DNA from: an uncultured Planctomycetaceae bacterium
Lineage (GTDB): Bacteria; Planctomycetota; Planctomycetia; Isosphaerales; Isosphaeraceae
Reading direction: 5' to 3'
Assembly: GCA_963833985.1 (NCBI GenBank)
Contig: CAWIAD010000002.1
Location: forward strand, 2,464,001-2,528,000
DNA: 64,000 bases
Shown here: in pieces, positions 9,580-20,754 of the stretch
Layout of the letters: the number at the start of each line of letters is the position of its first letter
Position numbering within the stretch: the stretch's first letter is position 1
The notes under the pieces: generated by a model
Told to the model about the DNA's origin: nothing
Databases searched by the model: none
Seen by the model: the letters and a program-made list of their open reading frames with translations, nothing else
Position numbers and translations under genes: made by a program

Positions 9580-11835
9580 TCAATGCCGCAACAGGAATTC
9601 CTTGCTGTTGATCACCGCCCAGGCCACGTCCTGCCACACGTCGCGCAGGCGCTCGGCGCGCGCCACGCGAGCCAGGATTGCCGCCTTCTCCGCGCCGGTC
9701 GGCCGGCGCGCGAGCGCGGCCAGGAAGAGCTCTTCGAGGATGGCCTCGGACCGGGCGTGCCGCTCCACGAGTGTCGCCAGCCGGTTGCCGGGATCGTCCA
9801 GCTTGCGGCGCACCGCCGGGCCGTTGATCATCTGGAACGCCTGTGCCAGTGTCGTCGTTTCTGATCGTTCGCATTCGCACGTGAGAAGTCGTTCCGGCTT
9901 GCCGAAGACCTTCAAAAAGCCGATCTCGATCGCGGCCCCGGGAAGCTGGGTGGCGCGGAGGCTGCGGGGAGCCGCGGGGAAGCGGTCCGGAACTTCGAGG
10001 ACCTGGCTGATGGCGTCGAGCAGCACCTCGGCGGGCAGGAGCCGCACAGAGGCCCGCGCGAAATTCGCCACATCGCCGGCGTTGGTGGCGTTCGGGGTCG
10101 CCGCAAGCTGGTACGTTGCCGATTTCATGATCAGTGCGACGAGCGGCCGCAGCCGCATGCCGTGGTTCTGGAGCGTGTCGGCCAGGGCCTCGAGCAGCTC
10201 TGTATTCGCGGGGGGGTTCGAGGCGCGAAAGTCGTCCACCGGTTCGACGATGCCCCGGCCCATCAGGTGGAACCAGGTCCGGTTTGCCAGGTTGCGCGTG
10301 AACTGGCGGTTGTCGCGGGTCAGCCAGTCCGCAAGCTGGTCGATGGGCGTGAACGCCTGCTCCGTGCGAAACGCCGCGGAGTGCAGGGGGGTGGGCGGCA
10401 GGGTCGTCCGGCTGCGCGGCTGGACCATGCCGGGCGAGCCGGCCAGGTAAATGACCTCATCGCCGTTGATCTCGTGCTTGTCCAGGTTGTCCCGGCGCGT
10501 GTTGTTGATTTCCTTGTGCTTCACCGTTGAGAAGCAGGCCGCCAGGCCGTAGTAGTCGTCTTGCGTCCAGTCGTCGAACGGATGGTTGTGGCAGCGTGCG
10601 CACTGGAGCCGGACGCCCAGGAACACCTGCGCCACGGCCTCGGCCGCGGCCGTGGGGTCGCGGTTGGTGCGATAGAAGCTGGAGGGGGGGTTGTTCCAGG
10701 TGGAACCGCGGGCGGAGACGATCCGCCGCACCATCTCGTCGAGCGGCACGTCGGCGGCGATCTGGTCGCGCAGCCAGCGCTGTAAGACCCAGACCCCCTT
10801 GGCTCCCATGGTCTTCTCTTCGTTGCGCAGCAGGTCAGCCCACTTCAGCGCCCAGAAGTCCGCGAACTCGGGACGTTCGAGCAGGCGGTCGATGAGCTTC
10901 GATCGTTTCGCCGGACCTCGATCATCCAGGAAGGCGCGGACCTCGGCCGGTTCGGGGAGCCGGCCGATCGCATCGAGGAACGCGCGGCGGAGAAAGACCT
11001 CGTCCCCCGCCAGGGGCGATGGGTTAACCTTCAGCAGCCGCAGCTTGCGAAAGACGTGCTCGTCGACCTGGTTGGCCGGCGGCGGGCCGCACCAGGCGAA
11101 GTTCGGCCGGTCGGGGAGGAAGGCGATGCGGCAGACGGCGCGGCCGCGCAGGTAGCGCACGGCCACAGCCAGCTCGCACGGATGATGGGCCGTCACCACG
11201 CCGGTCGCCGAGACGGCGGCCAGTGTCGGGTCGCTGAGATCGAAGCACGCCTGCCGCGTGACGTCGCGCGTCGAGCCATCAGCGAACCGGGCCGTGACGT
11301 GGAGCTGTTCCCGGCGGTTCGCAGTGGAGCTGATGATCGTCTCCGGCGCGACGGAGATGGACTGGAGGCGTGGAGCGGTCTCCTTGTCGTCCCTGGCCCC
11401 GGCGGCGATCCAGTCGCGCAGCGTCCGGGCCTCGTCCGATCCGGCCGCGAAGCGTATCCCCCCTTCGTGCGGCACGGATCCCGTGGGCTTCAGCAGTACC
11501 AGGCTCTGGTCGGGCGCCGCGACCGACACGCGCCGGCCGAGCAGCTCTCGTGTGATCGCCTGGAAGTCAAAATCCGGATCGTCGCCGCGCAAGCTGAGCC
11601 GGAAACCGCCCTTGCCCGATGCGTTGCCATGGCATGACCCCATGTTGCAGCCGGCACGGGACAGCAAGGGCGCAACGTCGTTGCGATAGCTGACCGGCTT
11701 TCGGACCGGCCCCGGCGACTCCGCACCGTGCCCTTCCACGGCACAGGCCATGGCCGTCAGCACGCAGGCTAGGCGCGTTCCCCAGATCAGGGACCCATTG
11801 CCGCGCCGGACCAGCAAGCACTTCTGGTGGGCCAC
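9580..11835 (-). CDS. DUF1549/DUF1553 (PSD1) protein with Ig-like (Big_2-type) segment
   Basis: GCNMGSCHG, FLRRAFLDAIGRLP, WALKWADLLR, CARCHNHPF and GRGIVEPVDDF motifs. The GTG start at 11835 follows GAGGA. Confidence 0.9.
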   Translation of the reverse strand: MAHQKCLLVRRGNGSLIWGTRLACVLTAMACAVEGHGAESPGPVRKPVSYRNDVAPLLSRAGCNMGSCHGNASGKGGFRLSLRGDDPDFDFQAITRELLGRRVSVAAPDQSLVLLKPTGSVPHEGGIRFAAGSDEARTLRDWIAAGARDDKETAPRLQSISVAPETIISSTANRREQLHVTARFADGSTRDVTRQACFDLSDPTLAAVSATGVVTAHHPCELAVAVRYLRGRAVCRIAFLPDRPNFAWCGPPPANQVDEHVFRKLRLLKVNPSPLAGDEVFLRRAFLDAIGRLPEPAEVRAFLDDRGPAKRSKLIDRLLERPEFADFWALKWADLLRNEEKTMGAKGVWVLQRWLRDQIAADVPLDEMVRRIVSARGSTWNNPPSSFYRTNRDPTAAAEAVAQVFLGVRLQCARCHNHPFDDWTQDDYYGLAACFSTVKHKEINNTRRDNLDKHEINGDEVIYLAGSPGMVQPRSRTTLPPTPLHSAAFRTEQAFTPIDQLADWLTRDNRQFTRNLANRTWFHLMGRGIVEPVDDFRASNPPANTELLEALADTLQNHGMRLRPLVALIMKSATYQLAATPNATNAGDVANFARASVRLLPAEVLLDAISQVLEVPDRFPAAPRSLRATQLPGAAIEIGFLKVFGKPERLLTCECERSETTTLAQAFQMINGPAVRRKLDDPGNRLATLVERHARSEAILEELFLAALARRPTGAEKAAILARVARAERLRDVWQDVAWAVINSKEFLLRH

Positions 11836-12216
11836 GGTGAATTCCTCCGGATCCGGTTTCAGATTGGATTTCGTGCCGCGCAGCAACCGCGGGCGGCGGT
11901 CCTGGCGCAGGTGGTATGACGTTTGTTAAACATAGCCCGGCTCCAGGGCATGCGTCAAGGGTTCGCATCCTGCGCCACGCGGGCGGTGGGGTGCTCGAAC
12001 TGCGCGACAGACGCGGTTGCGATGCGGTGCCCCGGTCTCAGCAAGCAATCAAACAAGCATAAACATGAATTGAAATTCATGGGTAACTTGAAATGGTTAT
12101 CATCGCGAGGTTCATTTAACATGAATAGCCGAATAGGAGAGCGACAGACCGATGGCCGGTGCGGATCGCTTGCGCCCGCCGCGCGCGGGAGTCGCGGGAT
12201 TCAGGGGAATCCTTCC

Positions 12217-13244
12217 ATGAATTTGAGTTGCCGGAACGAAGACACGGCATTCGTGACGGCCGTGGAGCCGAATGGGGCGCTGGAGGCGCAGGTTCTGCTC
12301 ATGGCGGAGAGCCTCAGGAAGTGGGGCGGACGACTGGCGAATGCGCCGATCCTGTGTGTTTCGCCGCGGCTCGCTCCGCCCTTGCACCGGCCAACTCTGC
12401 GGGCATTCAACCGGCTCGACGTCACTCACATGAGCTGCAATTTCCGCCATCCGTACGCATGGTACGCATTCACGAACAAGGCGCTGGCGATGGTGGCCGC
12501 ACGCGAGGCTTGCAACGCGAGGACCCTGGTCTGGCTGGATGCCGACGTGGTCATTCTCGACGAGCCCGCGGCGTTCCTGGAGGATGACTCCGACTTCGCC
12601 GCATGTCTGACCTGGGGCGACCTGGCGACCTCCGGTCCAGGACATCCCTGCGATCGTTACTGGAAAGCGGTCTGCGATCTTTTCGCGCTGAACCTTGACG
12701 AGCTGCCGTGGGTCACCGCGGCTGGCCAGTGCTTCCGTTACTGCATCCAGGCCGGTGTCTTCCGCATGCGGCGTAGCTCGCTGGTCGTGGAGCACTACCT
12801 CCGGAACCTGGAAGTCCTCATGGACTCGCAGCTCGTCGCCTCGGGCAGCCTTTTCTACAGTGAGACGGTGGCATTGACATTGGCCCCGTTCACCGCGCGT
12901 GCTTCCTGGTCCGAATTGCCGCGGTCTCACAACTTCGTGGTTGCCTCGAGATCGCAGGACAGCGAATACCGCGGCCTGGAGACCGCCCGCGTCGTGCACT
13001 ACCACGACGCGATGTTCGCGCCCAACTGGGACGTGCTTCGCTCTTATTTCTTGAAGCTGCGGCCGGACCGCCTGGACTGGCTCGAGCGCCAGGCGCACTC
13101 GCGCCCTCCTCCGCGAGGCCGTTTCAGCGAGTACTGAGGCGTTTTCTGGAGGCGGCACGCCGGCGCAAGATGAAACGCTACCTGGAGACCTGCCGGTCGA
13201 TCGACGTTCACTCGCCGCCGATGGAGTCCGCACTCTCGAGCTGA
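12217..13244 (+). CDS. Putative GT-A-fold glycosyltransferase-like protein (frameshift near 13093)
   Basis: 'LVWLDADVVIL' DxD motif and 'VVHYH'. The alternative frame extends to TGA at 13242-13244. Confidence 0.55.
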
Positions 13245-13977
13245 CCCCTCTGCGCCGCGCCCGGGGCCACCACCTCTCGCGAGGCGCCTGAACACGAGCA
13301 AATTGCTGATGTAGTGCCTCGATACGGAGCCAGATCGCTCCCAGGCCTGTTTCCAGCGATCGGCCAGATCGTGCTCGCAGGCGTATCCGCGGCTCTGAAA
13401 CCTGGCGATCCAGTAAGCGGGCGGTTGCTCGTTGACATGGTCCGTCCCGCCCTGCCCGGGCGTGGCTGCCGTGAACACGACGCAGGGCGCGACGGTCGTC
13501 AGCAGCGCGACGTAGCGGTCGGCACAGCTCTCGGGCAGGTGCTCTGCCACTTCCATGCTCACCGCGACGTCATAGGATGGAAACCCGACAACCGACATCC
13601 GCTCGATGTCGAACCTCTGGACGTCGAGGTTCCGGCGGCGGCAGTACTCCAGTGCGGACTCGGCGTATTCCAGCCCGAAGACCCGGCACCCCGCGCTGGA
13701 AGACCGCGAGCAAGGCGCCCGTCCCACAGCCGACGTCGATCACGCTGGCCGGTTCCAGATCGCCGAGGATCGAGCTGGCCATGATCTCAGCGCTGCGGGC
13801 TGCGGAGTGCTCGACCTCCCTCTCGAAATAAGCGGCATCGTAGATGCGGTCATGGTACTCCTTGCCAAGGAGCTGAAAATACGACGACTTGATCCATCTT
13901 GCCGGAGGCGTGTCGCGGAGCGCTGGCGGCATGATCGCTCGCCAGATGCTCCTGCTTACCGTCAGCAGGTCTGACAT
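13044..13977 (-). CDS. Class I SAM-dependent methyltransferase (frameshift near 13700; 3' end uncertain)
   Basis: 'SVIDVGCGTGALL' in ORF 13570..14001 continues into 'DVAVSMEVAEHL...TAATPGQGGTDHVNEQ' in ORF 13044..13727. Confidence 0.8.
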
Positions 13978-14077
13978 GAATTCTCTCTCATCCCCGGACA
14001 TCGATCAATCATTGAAAACCATCCTAACACGAGAGCCCCTGAAGAAAGCCTCCCTGAACGGGCATCCCACGCTGCTT

Positions 14078-16710
14078 TCATGCCCGGCAGAAACACGGAT
14101 CTCGCGGGGCAGGGTATCGGACCGCGAGATGAGGCGTATCGATCGGGCGGTGGGACTTCTGCCTGGAATCGAGACAGCTTTCCAGCACGCCGCTGACCAG
14201 CAGGGTGCGCTCGGCCGGGTAGGGGGCCTTGCCGGAAGCCGTCATGGTCTCGACCTGGTGCATCAGGCAGGCGGAATAGGCAACGTTCGGTACCGGCGGC
14301 AGCAAGAACTGGCACGAGAGCGGCTCGCGTACACCGCGAATCCGCGCCGCGAAGTTGTAGTCTCCCAGCGCTCCGTCGAGCATGAGCAGGGTCGCCCGAG
14401 TTCCGTCCCGGTACTCGATGAAGTACGCGACGGGATGCCGGACCAGCGATTGGACCGCTCCGTTTTTCGCCAGGTTCTGCGTCCGGCCGTCGCGCACGCT
14501 CAGGCCCTGGATGGAGTCGGAGCACGACAGGGCCGATGCGAGCAGTTCCCAGGACCAGCGCCCGGCATCACCAGACTTCCAGACCCCGTCACCTTCCACC
14601 AGTTGCACGCTCCGGACGCCGGTCTCGCCGCCAGCGCGGCGCTCGAGCATGCACTGCATTGCCTCCAGGGCATGAAAGTCCATGGCGTCGGAACCGCCAA
14701 TGCCAATCATCAAGGCCTGTTCGATGGTGCAGCCCAGTGGCAGATCGATGGCCGGCAGCCGCCAGGTCACCGGCAGCGATGAGCCTGCAAGCAGCGGAAA
14801 GCCCAGCCGGTGAGCGTCATCCACCATGGCCTTCGCCTTCGTGAAGCTGTACGAGAGATGCTTGTCGTTGAACACGGGAACAGACTGGCCCTCGGCCTCG
14901 AAAACCTGCACGGCCTGGCGGAAGAACTCGAAGCGCGGGTAGAGCGTCTGCCCCTTTTCGTTGCGCGGATAGTCGCCGTGCTCGGCGATGATCAGAACAC
15001 CGTCGACGGCGAGCCCGGGCCCCCCGCAGCGCAGCGCCTCGGCGATGGTGGGGTAGACCGAAAAGCCGTACGTCCGGCGCGCTGGGCACTCTGATCGTCG
15101 GCCGGCTTCTGGTCCACGTAGAGCGAGACCACCTCGAACGGGGGGTGGTGCCATCGACCGTGCCAGGGGTAACCGGCAAGGAACCGGTCTCCCATGTGCT
15201 GAGCGTGCGACAGGTACCGCCAGACGGTCGTGACGATCGCGAGCTTCCGGGTGCGCGGCCGCGCGGCCTCCCGAGCGGGCCATTCCGGATTCTCGGTTGC
15301 TTTCGTGTCCATGGCCTTGCAGCCGGCGAACAGCGATTGCCGAGGTGGCTGGTACTTGACCTCCCTGAGGTGAGGAGTTTCGACCCTTATCTGTCCCGCA
15401 CTCAGCGAGTCCACCGCGGCGCAAAGGATTCCAGTGGTAAGCAGAGTGCGTTCCACGGGGTAGGGGGGCTTCCCGGTCAGGAACAGCGTCTCGATGTGCC
15501 TTGCCAGCGCGCTGAAGAAGTTCGGTAGGGTCTGCCCGGGGTTGAGTCCGGGAAGGTACATCTGGGTGGAGAATGGCTCGGCCTGGTTCTCGATGCGGAG
15601 AGCCACCGTGAAATCCTTCACCAGCGATGAGAGCAGGATCAGGGTGCTCTTCGTCCCGTCGACGTGCTGGATCTGGTACATGACGGGATCAGGCGCCAGC
15701 GACCGCATCTGCGCGAGGTCAGGCAGCACGTGGCCGTAGCCGGGCCGAGCCGACGCCAGTGTGAAACTGCGGCACAGGCATGCTTCGACGAGTTGCGGCA
15801 AGGCGCGGCGCTCGCTGCGGGCCTGCTCGGCCAGGATCTCCCAGACGGCATTGCCGCGCACGGCGCGCACGGCCATGACGCCGGTTTCACCACCGCTGCG
15901 CCGCTCCAGCAAGCACTGCAACGATTCCAGGCCGTGGAAATCATAGCTGTCCACGTTCCCGTAGCCGAGGCACAGGGCCTCGCGCACTCGTGTGCCCCAG
16001 GGAAGCTCCGCCGAGGGGATGCGCCAGGTGACCGGCAAGGACGAGCCCGCCAGGAGCGGAAAGCCCAGTGCGCGGGCCGTGTCCACCATCTCCCGCGCCC
16101 AGTCCCAGCGCCACGAGAGGTGCTTGTCGATGAACACCGGCGCTGTGCGGCCCGATCTGCGATAGACCGCAACGATCTGCTGGAAAAACTCGTATCGCGG
16201 ATACTGCGTCTGCCCCCGGGGGGTGCGGGGATAATTGCCGTGCTCGCCGATCAGCAGCACGCCATCGACGGCAAGCGTGCCCGTCCCCCGGGTGAGCGCC
16301 TCGGCAATTGTGGGATAGATCTTCAGCTCCGGGTGCCGCGCGGCCCGCTCAGGCGAGAGGTCTCCTGGCGGCTTCTGGTCCACGTACAGGGCAACGACGT
16401 CCACGGCCGGCATGTGGTGCCGGCCCTGCCACCCGTAGCCCTCCAGGAAGCGATCGACGATGCCCTGGCCGTGCGATGCCTTGCGATACTCGGTAACCAG
16501 TGCGCCGATTGCCGGCCTGCGCCGGTTCGCAGGTGCGCCGGCCGTCGCCAGTGCCTGGGCCAGCGGCAGGCCGGCCGCCAGTGCGCCGGCGAGCTGACGC
16601 CGTGTCAGACTCGATCCGCTTGCAACCGGATCAACCCCGCCCGAAATCCTGGTCGCCGAACCTCCAGCCGCTTCGCAGTTGAGATGTTGTCGAGGCACCG
16701 TTGAGCCCAT
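14078..16710 (-). CDS. Tat-exported protein with two tandem homologous Gfo/Idh/MocA-like units (frameshift near 15078)
   Basis: Both halves carry 'YPTIAEAL..G...LAVDGVL.I.EHG.YP....GQ..YPR.EFF', 'DKHLS', 'LLAGSSLPVTWR', 'DFH.LE..QC..ERR.GGETGV' and 'GK.PYP.ERTLL'. The first unit reads in frame into the second. The N-terminus has TRRQL. Confidence 0.7.
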
Positions 16711-16844
16711 GTCTGTATTCCGATCTGGACCGAGTGACCTGGGGGGAGCGAACTTGTTGAACAGATCTCAAACATGGTATGATCCCGCTCTCTGACATTC
16801 CATGGGTCAGCGCGGCGGCACGGCTTCCTGGGAGGACCCACCCC

Positions 16845-19244
16845 GTGAGAAGGGCGAACGCACGCCTCATGCAGGTCATCGTTCTGCACGCCCTGATTGG
16901 CGCGCCCACTTCGGCCATTTGCGGGGGCCTTGCCCCGCCGGCCGCTGACGAGGAATTCGAGATCCAGGTCCGGCCCGTGCTGGTGCAGACGTGCGTGCCT
17001 TGCCACGGCGGCAAGAAGACCAGCGGAGGATTGAAGCTGAGCACCCGGGAGGACCTGATCCGGGGGGGCGACAGCGGGCCGGCCGTCGTTCCCGGCCGTC
17101 CCGATGAGAGCCTGCTGGTGCGGGCGATCGGGCATGGTGACGACTCGCTCCAGATGCCTCCGGACGGGAAATTGCCCGGGCCAACCATCGCGGCCTTCTC
17201 GCGCTGGATTGCCGCGGGAGCGCCCTGGCCGCGATCGGCCGTTCCAGCGCGCGTGGCAGATCGGAGCAAACCTGTGCGGCACTGGGCATTCGAGCCGGTC
17301 AAGCCAGTGCAGCCGCCGGCCGATCCGACCGGTTGGTCGGAAAGCCCGATCGACCGGTTCATCGCCGCCAGACGCGGGTTACAGGGCGTCCAGCCGGTGC
17401 CCGATGCTGACCGGCGGACCTGGATCCGCCGTGTCACCTTCGACCTGGTCGGCTTGCCTCCAGCGCCCGAGGAGATCGACGCGTTCGTTTCGGACAGCCA
17501 TGCCGACGCCTTCGCCCGGGTGGTGGATCGGCTGCTGGCCTCGCCGCACTACGGAGAACGGTGGGGCCGGCACTGGATGGACGTGGCACGCTACGCGGAC
17601 ACCGCCGGCGACAATGCCGATTACCCGGTGCCCGAGGTGGCGCGCTACCGCGACTACGTCATCGCCGCATTCAACCGCGACATGCCGTTCAACCAGTTCG
17701 TCCGCGAACAGCTTGCCGGTGACATCCTGGCGCGTGAGGGCAGCCGCGAGCGAGCCGACGCGGCCATCGTTGCCACCGGCTTTCTGGCGCTGGCGCGCCG
17801 GTACGCCACCGGCCCGTACGAGCTCTGGCATCTCACGCTGGAGGATGCCATCGAGACCACGGGCAGGGCGTTCCTGGGGCTCACCCTGAGATGCGCGCGC
17901 TGTCACGACCACAAGTATGATCCCTTCCTCCAGCGCGACTATTACGCACTCTACGGCATCTTCGAGAGTACGAACTTCCCTTACGGCGGCTCGGAAGAAC
18001 TCCAGACCAAGGGATTCCCCCGCCAGAAATTCGTCGCCACCGCAGGCGCGGACGAGGTGGCCGGCAGGGTGCGTACGCGCGACGAACAAATGCGATGGCT
18101 GGAACGCCAGATCGAGGAACTCAAGCGCGATCCGCAGCGGAATCCGGAACGCCTGGCCTCCGTGCGCAAGCAGCATGAACGGCTGCGCCGCCTTGGCCTT
18201 CCGCCCGACCTGCCGTGTGCCTACGCCGTCTCGGAGGGAAAGCCGCGTGACGCGGCGCTCCAGCGCGGCGGAGATCCGGGCCGGCCCGGAGCCATCGTGC
18301 CGCGCGGAGTTCCCCGCCTGGGATACCTGGAAGGCCCTGCGCCGCCGGCGGTTGCACCCGGTTCCAGCGGCCGCCTGGCGCTGGCCGACTGGATCTCGCG
18401 GCCAGACCATCCCCTCACGGCCCGGGTCATCGCCAACCGGATCTGGCAGTACCATTTCGGAAGGGGGATCGTGCCCACGCCTTCGAATTTCGGGGTCCGC
18501 GGCGAGGCTCCCAGTCATCCCGAATTGCTCGACTGGCTGGCGGCCCGGCTCATCTCCCGCGGCTGGTCGATCAAGGATCTGCACCGGCAGATCGTCCTCT
18601 CTCGAACCTACCGGCTCTCCAGCGCCGCGCATCCGCGGAACGAGCAGGTCGACCCCGGGAACCAGCTTCTCTGGCGGTTCGAGCGCCGGCGGCTGGACGC
18701 GGAATCGATTCGCGATGCCATGCTTCTTGTCTCCGGTGAGCTCGATCTGCGACGGCCCACGGCCCAGCCATTTCCGCCCATCGAGGAGTGGCACTGGACG
18801 CAGCACAACGCCTTCAAGGTGGTTTACCCGAGCCGGCAGCGAAGCGTTTTCCTGATGACCCAGCGGCTGGTGAAACACCCGTTTCTGGCCATCTTCGACG
18901 GACCCGACACGAACACCTCGACCGACGTCCGTGCCCGCTCCACGGTGCCAATCCAGGCACTCTTCCTCATGAACAACCCGTTCGTCCAGGAACGGTCCGC
19001 TGCACTGGCTCGCAGGCTGCTGCGGGAGAACGTCGGTGTTCCCGATCGCCTGGCGCTGGCCTGGGAGCTTGCCTGGGGCCGCCCGGCCACCGCTCGCGAG
19101 GCCGAGCGCGCCGGCCGCTACCTCGTGGACTGCACCTGGGCGGTCCTGGGGAGTGGGACGTCCGCGAACCAGGCCGAGCTGGAAGCCTGGACAAGCCTGG
19201 CCCGTATCCTGTTGACCGCCAACGAGTTCCTGTACATCGACTGA
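16845..19244 (+). CDS. Planctomycete cytochrome c / DUF1549 / DUF1553 (PSD1) protein
   Basis: CVPCHG heme motif, HWAF, YGERWGRHWMDVARYADT, CARCHDHKYDP, NRIWQYHFGRG and HPELLDWLA. Confidence 0.92.
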   Translation: MRRANARLMQVIVLHALIGAPTSAICGGLAPPAADEEFEIQVRPVLVQTCVPCHGGKKTSGGLKLSTREDLIRGGDSGPAVVPGRPDESLLVRAIGHGDDSLQMPPDGKLPGPTIAAFSRWIAAGAPWPRSAVPARVADRSKPVRHWAFEPVKPVQPPADPTGWSESPIDRFIAARRGLQGVQPVPDADRRTWIRRVTFDLVGLPPAPEEIDAFVSDSHADAFARVVDRLLASPHYGERWGRHWMDVARYADTAGDNADYPVPEVARYRDYVIAAFNRDMPFNQFVREQLAGDILAREGSRERADAAIVATGFLALARRYATGPYELWHLTLEDAIETTGRAFLGLTLRCARCHDHKYDPFLQRDYYALYGIFESTNFPYGGSEELQTKGFPRQKFVATAGADEVAGRVRTRDEQMRWLERQIEELKRDPQRNPERLASVRKQHERLRRLGLPPDLPCAYAVSEGKPRDAALQRGGDPGRPGAIVPRGVPRLGYLEGPAPPAVAPGSSGRLALADWISRPDHPLTARVIANRIWQYHFGRGIVPTPSNFGVRGEAPSHPELLDWLAARLISRGWSIKDLHRQIVLSRTYRLSSAAHPRNEQVDPGNQLLWRFERRRLDAESIRDAMLLVSGELDLRRPTAQPFPPIEEWHWTQHNAFKVVYPSRQRSVFLMTQRLVKHPFLAIFDGPDTNTSTDVRARSTVPIQALFLMNNPFVQERSAALARRLLRENVGVPDRLALAWELAWGRPATAREAERAGRYLVDCTWAVLGSGTSANQAELEAWTSLARILLTANEFLYID

Positions 19245-19297
19245 ACGTGCGAGCGCGTCGTACCGCGACGCGGCCCAACCTGGGGAGGCTTGTAAAC

Positions 19298-20713
19298 ATG
19301 GCCAGCTCCATCTGCCGCCATGACGGCCCGGACCGTCGCGGGTTCCTGAAGGTCACCGCGGCTCTTGCCGGGGCATCCTTTCCCGCGCGGTACGCGCGAC
19401 TGGTGCAGGCTGCGGAGCAGGCGGAGGCGGGGTTGGTCGCCCCGCGCCGGCCCCACCACGACGCACCGGCCCGGCAGTTGATTGTCATCTTCCTCTCGGG
19501 CGGGTTTTCGCATGTCGACACGTTTGATTACAAGCCCAGGCTGACGCGTGACAGCGGCAAGCCGGTGCCCTCGAACGGACTGCGCGACAATGAGGCCGGC
19601 CGCCGGCCGCTGCTCGGCTCCCCGTTCCGGTTTCGTCCCTGCGGCGCATCCGGCCTCATGATCAGCGAGCTGTTTCCCTGCCTGAGCGAGATGGCCGACG
19701 AGCTGTGCGTGATCCGGTCGCTGCACACCGACATCGTGGAGCACTTCCAGGCGGTTCTCGCCATGCATACCGGCTCGGCCACGATTCCGCTGCCCAGCAT
19801 GGGAGCCTGGATCAGCCACGGCCTGGGGACCTTCAACGCCAATCTCCCCTCGCACGTCGTGCTCTGCGAGCACCTGCCCTATGGCGGGTCGCAGGTCTGG
19901 GACAGCAGCTTCCTGCCGCCCATCCACCAGGGAGTGCGCATCATCCCCGGCCCGGACCCGATTCCCGACCTGCACCCCCCGGCACGGCCCGCCTCGGTAC
20001 GCGAGCTGGAACGGATGATGCTGGAGGAAGTGAACGCCGAGCATGCCCAGGCGCGGCCCGGCGATGCCGAGCTGCGGGCGCGGATTGCCACGTATGCCAC
20101 CGCACGCGGCATGATCCGCGAGGCCCCCGAGGTGCTCGAAGCGCAGGGGGAAACCGCGGCCACACGTGCTCTCTACGGAGTCGCCGCGGGCGATCAAAAG
20201 TCCTTCGGGTACCAGTGCCTGATCGCACGCCGGCTCATCGAGCGGGGTGTCCGCGTCGTCGAGCTCATCGATACCGGCTCCAGCAATAACTGGGACGCGC
20301 ACGGCGACATGCAGGACCACCGTCCCCGGGCCGCCAGCGTCGATCGTGCGATCGCCGCCCTGATCCGCGACCTCAAGGGACGCGGGCTGCTTGGCCAGAC
20401 ACTCGTGGCGATTTGCACCGAGTTCGGACGCACGCCCTGGACCGACGGCCCCGGCGCACGGGGTCGCAACCACTACGCCAGGGCGTTCACGGCGCTGCTG
20501 GCGGGCGCCGGGGTACGCGGAGGACATGTCCACGGGGTGACGGACGACTACGGTATCGAGATCCTCGCCAACCCAGTGCACGTCCATGATTACCACGCCA
20601 CCATCCTGCATCTCATGGGAATCGACCATACGCGGCTCGTCTATCGCTACGCTGGCCGGGACTTCCGGCTGACCGACGTCGATGGTAAAGTCGTCCGGCA
20701 AGTCCTCGCCTGA
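19298..20713 (+). CDS. DUF1501 family protein
   Basis: DRRGFLK Tat motif, GGFSHVDTFDYKP, WDAH, EFGRTP and RDFRLTDVDG. RBS GGGAGG upstream. Confidence 0.92.
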   Translation: MASSICRHDGPDRRGFLKVTAALAGASFPARYARLVQAAEQAEAGLVAPRRPHHDAPARQLIVIFLSGGFSHVDTFDYKPRLTRDSGKPVPSNGLRDNEAGRRPLLGSPFRFRPCGASGLMISELFPCLSEMADELCVIRSLHTDIVEHFQAVLAMHTGSATIPLPSMGAWISHGLGTFNANLPSHVVLCEHLPYGGSQVWDSSFLPPIHQGVRIIPGPDPIPDLHPPARPASVRELERMMLEEVNAEHAQARPGDAELRARIATYATARGMIREAPEVLEAQGETAATRALYGVAAGDQKSFGYQCLIARRLIERGVRVVELIDTGSSNNWDAHGDMQDHRPRAASVDRAIAALIRDLKGRGLLGQTLVAICTEFGRTPWTDGPGARGRNHYARAFTALLAGAGVRGGHVHGVTDDYGIEILANPVHVHDYHATILHLMGIDHTRLVYRYAGRDFRLTDVDGKVVRQVLA

Positions 20714-20754
20714 GCCCGAGTCCGAGCCGGATCCGGATCCAAAGCCGTTGCCCG

